A DNA stretch of 64,000 nucleotides from the NCBI GenBank assembly GCA_002269645.1, contig NIVC01000393.1, positions 434,001 through 498,000 on the forward strand. The letters run 5' to 3'. Position 1 is the stretch's first letter; the number at the start of each line of letters is the position of its first letter. The position numbers were made by a program, and so were the translations under genes. This DNA is from Macrostomum lignano. Taxonomy: Eukaryota. The notes below the pieces were generated by a model. The model was not told the origin of the DNA. It saw only the letters and a list, made by a program, of their open reading frames with translations, and ran no database searches. Positions 52,955-64,000 of the stretch are shown in pieces.

Positions 52955-54090
52955 CACGATTTCTTGAGAGCCCCTGAATCCCCATTGGCGCCCCTCAATC
53001 CCCTTTGGTGCCTCTCAATCCCCTTTGGCACCTCTCAATCCACTTTGGGGCCTCTCAATCCACTTTGGCGCCTCCCAATCCCCTTTGGCGCCTCTCAATT
53101 CCTGTGTTGGCACCCCTCGATCCCCTTTGGCGCCTCTCAATCCACTTTGGCGCCTCTCAATCCACTTTGGCGCCTCTCAATCCACTTTGGGGCCTCTCAA
53201 TCCACTTTGGCGCCTCTCAATCCACTTTGGCGCCCCTCAATCCCCTTTGGCGCCTCTCAATTCCTGTTGGCACCCCTCGATCCCCTTTGGCGCCTCTCAA
53301 TCCACTTTGGGGCCTCTCAATCCACTTTGGCGCCTCTCAATCCACTTTGGCGCCCCTCAATCCCCTTTGGCGCCTCTCAATTCCTGTTGGCACCCCTCGA
53401 TCCCCTTTGGCGCCTCTCAATCCACTTTGGGGCCTCTCAATCCACTTTGGCGCCTCTCAATCCACTTTGGCGCCCCTCAATCCCCTTTGGCGCCTCTCAA
53501 TTCCTGTGTTGGCACCCCTCGATCCCCTTTGGCGCCTCTCAATCCACTTTGGCGCCCCTCAATCCCCTTTGGCGCCTCTCAATTCCTGTTGGCACCCCTC
53601 GATCCCCTTTGGCGCCTCTCAATCCACTTTGGCGCCTCTCAATCCACTTTGGCGCCTCTCAATCCACTTTGGCGCCCCTCAATCTCCATTGGCGCCTCTC
53701 AATCCTCTTTGGCGCCCCTCAATCCCCATTGGCGCCTCTCAATCCACTTTGGTGCCTCTCAATCCACTTTGGCGCCTCTCAATCCACTTTGGCGCCTCTC
53801 AATCCACTTTGGCGCCCCTCAATCCCCTCTGGCGCCTCTCAATTCCTGTTGGCACCCCTCGATCCCCTTTGGCGCCTCTCAATCCTCTTTGGCGCCTCTC
53901 AATCCACTTTGGCGCCTCTCAATCCACTTTGGCGCTTCTCAATCCTCTTTGGCGCCTCTCAATCCTCTTTGGCGCCTCTCAATCCTCTTTGGCGCCTCTC
54001 AATCCACTTTGGCGCTCCTCAATCTCCATTGGCGCCTCTCAATCCCCGTTGGCGCTCGTCAATCCCCGTTGGCGCTCCTCAATCCCCGGG
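52955..54090. repeat. 20-bp minisatellite TTGGCGCCTCTCAATCCACT
   Basis: More than 50 units, ending about 0.8 kb upstream of the nAChR ATG. Confidence 0.96.
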
Positions 54091-54883
54091 GATTTTACAA
54101 AGCCCCCTTCGAATTCTTTTCAGCAGCACCAAAAAATTGCTAAAGAAGCATACATACTACGAGTCCATATTTTCAAATCGCTATGAGATGGTTTTTGCTA
54201 TCCTGTCTACTTCTGACCCCGCTGCCACGCAAGAACAGAGGAACTTAAACACAGGGGCAGAGACTGAAAAAATAAAACGAAGATGGGAGGTGGAGGCAGA
54301 GCCAGAAAAATGAGATGATGTGACGTTGAGTTACTCCGCTGAGTTGAGTTACTCCGACTGCATTTTCAGAGGCATCATATTATAATTAGCCACTTCTCAA
54401 ACCCCGCGCCGTTTCTGTTTTAACTAAATTTAACTGTGGGGTTGGGTTGGGTAGAGGTTTCGGCCTGTGGACCAGCAGATGGAGGGCTGTGTTGAATGGC
54501 TGTCTACCTGTCCGTGGGTACCGCAATTTCTAACCATTCACCCCTGCGCTCTCTCCGTCTCTCTCTCCATCTCGGGCGACTCCATAAGCACTCTTTAAGT
54601 AAGCGCTGGCTGATGGTTGATGAAGTCTGAGTTACGCGTTGGTTGGCCAGGTAGGAGGGCCTGTGGTGGGAGGAGGGTCTTTAACCTGCGTGCAGAAATT
54701 TCATAGGGCTTGTCTATCTATAGGACCTGAGTACGGTCCTGCTAGACTCAAAATTTAAACAGAAATTCCTGTCACAAAGCAAGAAGAATCTTACTTACAC
54801 AAAAAACTTGCTTTCACGTTTTCTCTCGAAGGGCACGTCGGGAGGTTTTTGATGTAGGTTATTTCCGTTTCTTCCCGAGCTAG

Positions 54884-57800
54884 ATGGCTCCACTTCAGAA
54901 TGCAGGCCGGTGCTGGTACCAAGCGTGGAACAGCTGGTTGGCCCTGCTTCCTCTAACGGCATTGCTACTGCTGAGTGGTGCTGTTAAACCCACAGGTGAG
55001 TCTCAGAGACGTTTTCTGCATGCCTAAGTTTTGGCTGAGAGGATTACCAAATACTTTAAGCCAGTTTACCAGAACGTCATCTCTTTCACATCTGGCACAC
55101 AGCATGCGATGTGGACCCGGCCCTCGACCAGCTGTACCGACGGTTCTACACCAATCGTGAGGGCTATAAGTACGCTCGTCCCGTTGCCAATGTGTCGGAG
55201 CCCGTCATAATGTACATGAATCTCAGCCTAGTCCAGCTCATGAACGTGGACGAGAAGAACCAGATCATCTCGCTCAACTTGTGGGTCTATCAGGAGTGGC
55301 ACGATCCGTTTTTCCGCTGGGACCCCGGCGAATACGGCGGCATCAGCAAGATCATCCTACCGTCGGACGGTCTGTGGACGCCGGACGTGGTACTGTACTC
55401 GAAGTGAGTTCCTCGATGAATCAAAATATAAATGTCTATTAATATTTCGATCTATAGCAACATCAGTCATATTTGATTTTATCGACTCTGGATTTTATAA
55501 TCGTCTTTCGTCGTTCTTTCGACGCAGTAAAGATAAAACGATTGCTGCGGTTCGGTAAATATGGATGTACAAAATTTAATACATTATTCCCCCCAACAGC
55601 ACCGGCACCAACTGGGACCTGAGCGCCACTTCCACCCGCGTCAAAGTGAACAACAAAGGCCTGGTGGTCTGGAAGCCGCCGATCACGTACGACAGCTCCT
55701 GCGACATCAACGTCGAATTCTTCCCGTTCGACACCCAGGATTGCAAGCTGAAGATGGGCACCTGGACCTATCACGGCCTGCACATTGACATGCGCCACGT
55801 AGCTCAGAAAGTGGACGACAATGGCCGAAACAGGCGCAACTTTGACAACTGCGAATCGGATATTGATTACGCTATCGATCTGGCCGACTATGTGGAGAGT
55901 GCCGAGTGGGATCTCATGCGAGTGTCGGCCACTAGGAATATCGTTAAATATGCCTGCTGCGTTGAGCCTTACCTCGATATCACGTTCCTGTGAGTACATG
56001 TAGAAACGGATAGTTTAAATGCTGCTGATTTTCGCCACTCTGTGCTCTGGTGCTCAGGCTTACTGGAGTTCTGTTTGATCGATTTTATGCTCGTAATGTA
56101 TAAAATTTGATGGACAGCAACGTTTAAGCAGCAAGGCTGCAAAATTTTTCTAATGAACTTTGAATTAATTTTGAACCTCTTCTCATTCTCGCGTTTTAAC
56201 CAAAACTTTTACATTTGGTTGAATGCTCGTTTTCTTATAAACTACGACTCGTAATTAAAAAGTTTAAGCGAAACGCTTACAAATATTAAGCAAATTAGCT
56301 CTGGCTTGATTGCTAGGTAGCTCAGCAGTTGCTCGAGCAATAGAGCTGGTTCGCGAGCTTGAGTTCTAAAGAAGTCGAAATGGCGTACGCAGGAACTCTA
56401 AAAGGGTGCTATAATACTTGGTGTCTTGGCTGGCGCCCCTATCGCCTAGCTGGGCGCCCCTGTCTCTAGGGGGCACCCCTACACTTGTCTCCTAGGTCGA
56501 TGGATTGCCACGTTCAAGACCTCGGGTTTCATATCTCCGAAATTTCACATCTCCGACACTTAATGTCTCCGACCCTTCATTTCTCTGACCCTTCATTTCT
56601 CTGACCCTTCATTTCTCTGACCCTTCATTTCTCTGACCCTTCATTTCTCTGACCCTTCATTTCTCCGACCCTTCATATCTCCGACACTTCATATCTCCGA
56701 CCCTTCATTTCTCTGACCCTTCATTTCTCTGACCCTTCATATCTCCAACCCTTCATTTCTCTGACCCTTCATTTCTCTGACCCTTCATTTCTCCGACACT
56801 TCATATCTCCGACCCTTCATTTCTCTGACCCTTCATTTCTCTGACCCTTCATATCTCCGACACTTCATATCTCCGACCCTTCATTTCTCTGACCCTTCAT
56901 TTCTCTGACCCTTCATATCTCCGACACTTCATATCTCCGACCCTTCATTTCTCTGACCCTTCATTTCTCTGACCCTTCATTTCTCTGACCCTTCATTTCT
57001 CTGACCCTTCATTTCTCCGACCCTTCATTTCTCTGACCCTTCATATCTCCAACCCTTCATTTCTCTGACCCTTCATATCTCCGACACTTCATATCTCCGA
57101 CCCTTCATTTCTCTGACCCTTCATTTCTCTGACCCTTCATTTCTCTGACCCTTCATTTCTCTGACCCTTCATTTCTCTGACCCTTCATTTCTCTGACCCT
57201 TCATTTCTCTGACCCTTCATTTCTCTGACCCTTCATTTCTCCGACCCTTCATATCTCCGACACTTCATATCTCCGACCCTTCATTTCTCTGACCCTTCAT
57301 TTCTCTGACCCTTCATATCTCCAACCCTTCATTTCTCTGACCCTTCATTTCTCTGACCCTTCATTTCTCCGACACTTCATATCTCCGACCCTTCATTTCT
57401 CTGACCCTTCATTTCTCTGACCCTTCATATCTCCGACACTTCATATCTCCGACCCTTCATTTCTCCGACCCTTCATTTCTCTGACCCTTCATATCTCCGA
57501 CACTTCATATCTCCGACCCTTCATTTCTCTGACCCTTCATTTCTCTGACCCTTCATTTCTCTGACCCTTCATTTCTCTGACCCTTCATTTCTCCGACCCT
57601 TCATTTCTCTGACCCTTCATATCTCCAACCCTTCATTTCTCTGACCCTTCATATCTCCGACACTTCATATCTCCGACCCTTCATTTCTCTGACCCTTCAT
57701 TTCTCTGACCCTTCATTTCTCTGACCCTTCATTTCTCTGACCCTTCATTTCTCTGACCCTTCATTTCTCTGACCCTTCATTTCTCTGACCCTTCATTTCT

Positions 57801-60800
57801 CTGACCCTTCATTTCTCCGACCCTTCATTTCTCTGACCCTTCATTTCTCTGACCCTTCATTTCTCTGACCCTTCATTTCTCTGACCCTTCATTTCTCTGA
57901 CCCTTCATTTCTCTGACCCTTCATTTCTCTGACCCTTCATTTCTCTGACCCTTCATATCTCCGACACTTCATATCTCCGACCCTTCATATCTCCGACACT
58001 TCATATCTCCGACCCTTCATATCTCCGACACTTAATTTCTCCGACACTTCATATCTTCGACACTTCATATCTCCAACACTTCATATCTCCAACACTTCAT
58101 ATCTCCAACACTTCATATCTCCGACACTTAATTTCTCCGACACTTAATTTCTCCGATACTTCATATCTCCGACACTTAATTTCTCCGACACTTCATATCT
58201 TCGACACTTCATATCTCCAACACTTCATATCTCCGACCCTTCATATCTCCGACACTTAATTTCTCCGACACTTCATATCTCCGACAATTCATATAGCTAT
58301 CCATACAGCTATGCGATTCGATTGCTAAGAAGACTTGAATTCAGGACTTTGGATTGAAGAACTTTACTGACAAGACACATTTAATAACTCACCTCTCTTC
58401 AGAGTGACATTCCGTCGCCAGCCGCTTTTCTACGGCACGAACCTGATCGCGCCGTGCATTGCCATCAGCTGCCTAACCAGCTTCGTGTTTCTCCTACCCT
58501 CCGACACTCAAGAGAAAATGACTCTGAGCACTTTTATCCTACTCGCCTTGACTGTGTTCCTACTGCTGGTGTTCGATTTAACTCCTACCACGTCGCTAGT
58601 GGTGCCACTAATTACCAAATACCTGCTGTTCACTATGATACTCATCAGTCTGTCACTGTTCGTTTCCACCGTGGTGCTGAATGTTCGCTACAGCCCACCT
58701 GACATCTACCGGGTGCCGCCCTGGGCTAAGCGACTCTTTCTACAGGTGCTACCTGGACCTCTGATGATGGACCGGCCAAACGTCGATGACGGGGATGGCT
58801 GCGAAGCTGAGGACTCTTCTGAGACTGCTCGGTTTCAAGGCGTTCACGACGATGAAGGTAAATATTGTAGTATCATCGGGTCTTTTCAGAAACTCTTTTA
58901 TAGATAGTTAAAAGCTAATAGTCGCCATATTCCTCCATAACGGCTCCCACCCCAAAAAAGGGCAAAAATAGAATCCTGTGATGAAAACATGCTCAACATT
59001 TGGGCATCAAAATTTAATATGCTTCAATTTTAATTGTACTGACTCGCTTATCGCGACAAATCCCCAAAATATTTCATTTGCCAAGTCGCCTGATTGACGA
59101 TCCCTGAGTCTCAATTCTCCCAATTTTGCATGCGAGCTCTTACACAGTCCTCAAAACGTTTGCAATGCATGGTATCGATCCAGAATTTTCGGTCGCCGCG
59201 CAAGAACTTTTTTGATGGGGCAAGTAAAAGACCGACCGCATAAAGACAGGTAATGGTAAGGCTTAGGGATTCTGAAATTGTATGCTCGGACGTCCATGGG
59301 TGGTATAATTTGAAACGCTCCGGTAGACGCTATAAGTAGAAGTTTACTCGTACAAGTATTGTAAACCGATTGCTTCTCCAAGGAGGCGACAGCGACAGCG
59401 ATGCGGGCTCCAGCGGCAGCTGCAGCAGCCTCAGCAGGCGCATCCACCGCTACAGTCAGCCCGGAGCCAGTCGGGCCGATCGCGAGTGCCTCGCCAGCAT
59501 TCTGTCCGCTCTGCGGGGTGTCCGGTCCATTGCTAAACGAATTCGCGATAGCGAGTCGGTGGCCAACACCGAGGAGGAGTGGAAGTACATCGCGCTGATC
59601 TTGGATCGCATTTTCTTGTATTGCTTCGGTCTATCGAGCGTTGTTGGCATGCTCGGCATCTTTTTGCAGGTGAATTTTTCATCATCATTTAGTAGGAATC
59701 GCTCGAGCACAATACTGAATTTTATTTTTTTGAGAACCGTCACAAGAATTTCCACTATTTACTGTCTTGTCCTTTTGACGTTGCCTTAGAATCTCGCCCG
59801 AAAATCTCAGCCCCTTCAATTGATAATCTCATCCCCTCCAGAAACGTGTCTTTTAGAATCTCACCCCAAGAAGCTAATTATACTCCTGAGAATCTCATCC
59901 CCTCCAGATATGTGTCTTTTAGAATCTCACCCCAAGAAGCTAATTATACTCATGAGAATCTCATCCCCTCCAGAAACGTGTCTTTTAGAATCTCACCCCA
60001 AGAAGCTAATTATACTCATGATAATCTCATCCCCTCCAGAAATGTGTCTTTTAGAATCTCACCCCAAGAAGCTAATTATACTCATGATAATCTCATCCCC
60101 TCCAGAAATGTGTCTTTTAGAATCTCACCCCAAGAAGCTAATTATACTCCTGAGAATCTCATCCCCTCCAGATATGTGTCTTTTAGAATCTCACCCCAAG
60201 AAGCTAATTATACTCATGATAATCTCATCCCCTCCAGAAATGTGTCTTTTAGAATCTCACCCCAAGAAGCTCCAGATATGTGTCTTTTAGAATCTCACCC
60301 CAAGAAGCTAATTATACTCCTGAGAATCTCATCCCCTCCAGATATGTGTCTTTTAGAATCTCTTAAAACAATTGAGGCTGCTCCGAGTCTGAGATTTCAG
60401 CTCGGATTTTGCGTTTGTATTTATACACAATTTGTCGGCCTTGAATCGACCTTGAGCTCAAAACCGGTTTTTTTGATGAGTTCACGAAAGGAATTTTATT
60501 ATTTGACAGGTGGGGTTTTTGAATAGAAAGGGGTGAGACTTGGGTTACATTCAGGTTAACATTTACCATATTTGGAAGTTCTAAAAATAGATGTCGAGAA
60601 CCGGTTTTTCGAACAATAGCATAGTCACTCGCTGTTTGCGTGATATGACTGGTATTACTAAAAATAGAGTATGACACATAGCTATTTTTAAATTTGTGTT
60701 CATAATTTTATGTTACTACTTTTAGTAGGCTACTGTGTTTGGAGATCTCTACAATAGAATCTCCTCCCTGCAGAAACGTGTCTTTTAGAATCTCACCCCA

Positions 60801-61157
60801 AGAAGCTAATTATACTCATGAGAATCTCATCCCTCCAGAAACGTGTCTTTTAGAATCTCACCACCAGAAGATTACCTCTGATAAATCTCTTACATAGAAT
60901 CTCATCCCTCAGAAAGATCCCCCCAGAGTAAAGAATTGCAGTTAAACCAATTGGCATATGCAATAGAATTGCAACATTGAAACTTATTATCTCAATCAAT
61001 GGCGCTAGCAATGCTTCGAATATACACAACACCCACTTCACAGGCTCCGACACTCACTGACAACAAAGACCCATTGCGAGCTTCCAAATTTCTCGAGTAC
61101 GAGAGCAACATCAACTTTACCAGACGCTGCGGTGTTGGCTACCAAGCTACTAGCTAA
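54884..61157 (+). CDS. Nicotinic acetylcholine receptor alpha subunit (cation-type Cys-loop receptor)
   Basis: Exons 54884-54995, 55103-55403, 55600-55989, 58403-58857, 59383-59669 and 61044-61157 (phases 1,2,2,1,0). It has a signal peptide, WTPDVVLY, Cys-loop CDINVEFFPFDTQDC, loop B GTWTY, loop C YACCVEPY (vicinal Cys = alpha type), M2 EKMTLSTFILLALTVFLLLV and M4 WKYIALILDRIFL. Confidence 0.95.
56535..58290. repeat. Intronic 16-bp array GACCCTTCATTTCTCT
   Basis: Fills nAChR intron 3. Confidence 0.97.
59825..60365. repeat. Intronic 66-bp tandem repeat, ~8 copies, plus a detached copy at ~60760-60870
   Basis: Unit AATCTCATCCCCTCCAGAAACGTGTCTTTTAGAATCTCACCCCAAGAAGCTAATTATACTCCTGAG. Confidence 0.95.
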
Positions 61158-64000
61158 ATCTTCTAATGCCGCGTTTACATTCTCATAATTACCTGTACAT
61201 ACTTGTATCATGTATGCTTCAGTACTTATGGTCAGTCTTTAAACAAGAAGCGCTGCGGTCTTAAAATTGGCAATTTTTTAAAGCAAAGTCTACTATCAGT
61301 AGTATACTGACGGGGACAGATTAGGCCGCAGTTTTAAGCAACCCTACGTGTATTGGAATGGAATGCAATTGAATAAAATGAAACAGGGCGTCGCCACTGG
61401 GGGAGGACAGGGGGGGGGGCATGTCCCCTTGTAAAAGCTATGGGGGACATGCCAATCGTCCCAAAAACATGCAAAAAACATGCCAATGTTTTGCCCACCC
61501 CACCCCATCTTATGACCCGTTGTGGAAATTAATAATTTTTCAACAGGGTGCCAATATATAGCGCCTTCGGCGCCAAAATGAATGCCTGTGGCATCAAAAT
61601 GTGTGCTTGAGGCGCTGAAAGGAGTTAGTGCTGTACGAGTATTTTACATTATTTAACTATATTATTAAAATAATGTATTTAAATTTACATTATTTAAATG
61701 TAGAATAAGGTCAGCCTTCGGTAGCCAGTTTAGAGTGCAGCGCTGTATAACTTAGTGGTCCTTGGCTTGTCCGTATTTGTGAATGGATGCTGCTTACAAC
61801 TTCCTAATAAAATTGTATCATTTTTCATCAGCCAAAATTTATGCTTAACTCTGCTATATACAGCTGCAAGTAGAACTACAAGCGTGCGATTGTTTATTTT
61901 CTATTTAAAAAAAACAAACGATGCATGGAGAATTAGTATTTTGAAAAAATGGCTCTGCATACAAATATTTATTACGAAATCAGAGTTTATCAGAAAATCA
62001 TTCCTAAACGCCTTTTACATTTCTAATAAACAGACTGGTTGATAAACTATTTTTTGACAAAAAGTATAGCATTAACAATCAAGACACCAGTTATCAGTAC
62101 AGTAGCTTGACTACAGAGACAGGAAAGGATTGATGGATGGAGGAAGTCTAAGCCTATAGCAGTAATAGCAGCACAGCAGGCTTTACACAGCGCTCATCTA
62201 GAACTGGACACAAAGTTTTATTTGTTTGTTGAACGCGACGCGAGAGACCAAAGAGTGAGAGAGAGAGAAAGGAAGGAATAGAGAAGGAAAGCCAAGAGAG
62301 GACGTTGATGGTGAGGCTGTGGGTTTTAGCGGTCTGCCAACTAATTCAAGCCCAACCAACCTCCCGTTGTTTGTTTAGCTCGCCCGCCATGTGAGAGAGG
62401 CGGGGGCAGGGGTGCATGCAGGTTGGGGGCTGTTTGGTCCGTTTTCCGCGATCAATAATAAACGCCAAGGCCTAACACAACAGTCTAAAAACTAAATAAG
62501 CCCCGAAAACGCGCCCAGCCCAGCCAGCCAGCAGCCCCGCCACCCCAAAACCGCGCGCACAAACACAAAACTGGGGGCCCCGCAAATAAGGGAGTGAAAA
62601 CTGAGGGCGGGGTAGGCTGAGAGGCGCTGAGGCAGGAAAGTTATTGATTACTCAGGCATTCAGCGCCTTCCACCCCCCCCCCCCCCCGAGGCCGTCGGGA
62701 CCCCCGTGGTGGCCTCCCTCTCTCCTCTGTCTCATTTTGTTTACCTTGTTGACTCACAACACAAACCCCGGCCAGGGTACGCACGCGCACAACATAAGCG
62801 CCGGAGCGGCCGGACTAATTTCTACCGCAAGTCCCCTCCCTTTCCATTCCACACAAATTCCAACTGTTATTATTCAAGTTCATATGGAATTCATATAAGC
62901 TGCCCGCAACTAATATTGCAAATACTTATTATAGCAATATTATTTGCCTCGGCCCTGGAGCCTGTGGAGTCTGAGCTGAACGAGAATTAACAATATAATA
63001 CTACTGCGGACTGACTGAAGCACTTTGTGTTTGTGTGCATGCGTATCTTGTGCTGTTTGCTTATGTTCCTAGTCCTACCTTTACATTCCCTTCCTTCCTT
63101 TTCTACATCTCCCATTCCCTGTATTATTAATACAGCCCATGCCAACAAACAGCCTAAACAAGCAACCACTGTACGAGTAGTACTGTACACAAGCAACCCC
63201 ACCACCTTGCCTCCATCTGCATAAAAAACTGTCATTGTCTAGGGGGGGGGGGTCAGGACTATTTCATAAGCTAAAAAGCAACACTTCCTTTTCTTCTCTA
63301 CATCCTTCAGCTTTAGGCCTTGTCCCAAATTCACAATATCACCTATGCAGCTATGCTGTGGATGTGGAGTAGCAACGTGTACGGATTGTCCCGTCGTTGA
63401 CCCGTTGTCTATTGTCATGTCAGCATAAGCCATAAGCCATAAAGCCGTAGGCAACATGTTGTATATGCGCAACTTAGCGTCACACTTTCTTAAATAAAGC
63501 GTTGTTGCTTCAGCAAAAAATAGGGTCTAAGACTCTAAGTCAAAGAAGAAGACACTCAAGTCTCAACGCTTGTACTCAGTATTACAGTTATGACTCAATG
63601 TTCAGCCTTAGCAGTCAGTGTATCAATTGATTCAACATAGAGATCACGAAATACACGAATTGGTGTCGGTGATTAAATACATCAAGCAAAGTGAAATTCA
63701 TTCATCAAACTGTAAACTTTCGCGAGATTCTCGATTCTCACGAGATTCAGTTGACCTTGACCCCGGCCCTGAATTCGCCTAACGATTGGCTTTGTCGCTT
63801 TAGTGACTCTCTTTTCAAGTGGGCGTTGTCCCCTCATGTGATGGTCGACTTGTCACTGTCAGTTGTCAACGTTGTGTTGTGGAGACAAACGCGTGCATGA
63901 CATTAGCGCGCAGTCGCACACTTTAAATCTACGGTCAGTGCTTTAGGCGCGAACTGGCACAAGTGCCGCTATGAGGAGTTGTTAAGTTGTAGTTCCAAAG

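Noticed and set aside
62400-63000. GC-box-rich promoter-like region and a signal-peptide-like stretch (PQLILQILIIAILFASA)
   Set aside because: No nearby in-frame ATG, a stop follows shortly and no downstream exons are identifiable within the window.

Overview
This is animal genomic DNA, not prokaryotic. GC-rich exons are separated by introns mostly filled with intron-specific minisatellites, a style most consistent with a free-living flatworm such as Macrostomum (inference only). I reconstructed nine protein-coding loci by eye using GT-AG sites and phase matching. They are an intronless TPR-SEL1-MYND protein, an orphan 4-exon gene with a LINE 3' fragment inserted in its CAG/polyQ tract, a 2-exon neuropeptide prohormone, liprin-beta, NuSAP, a divergent Wnt, a two-domain GPI-type Ly6/three-finger protein, a multi-zinc-ribbon LRAT/PLAAT-domain enzyme (minus strand) and a nicotinic acetylcholine receptor alpha subunit. 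Also present are two tRNA-derived SINE copies, several MITE-like inverted-repeat elements and about 25 tandem arrays. Most long ORFs in the supplied track are read-throughs of these arrays. The best leads are the prohormone (predicted SLAFKDNADY-amide and a GGW-amide peptide), the LINE insertion into a coding CAG tract, the Zn-ribbon-LRAT fusion, the Wnt lacking the WCC Frizzled-contact motif, in-frame stop-free repeat introns, and a Phe at pore position 6' of the nAChR alpha subunit. No database searches were run; exon boundaries are manual predictions.
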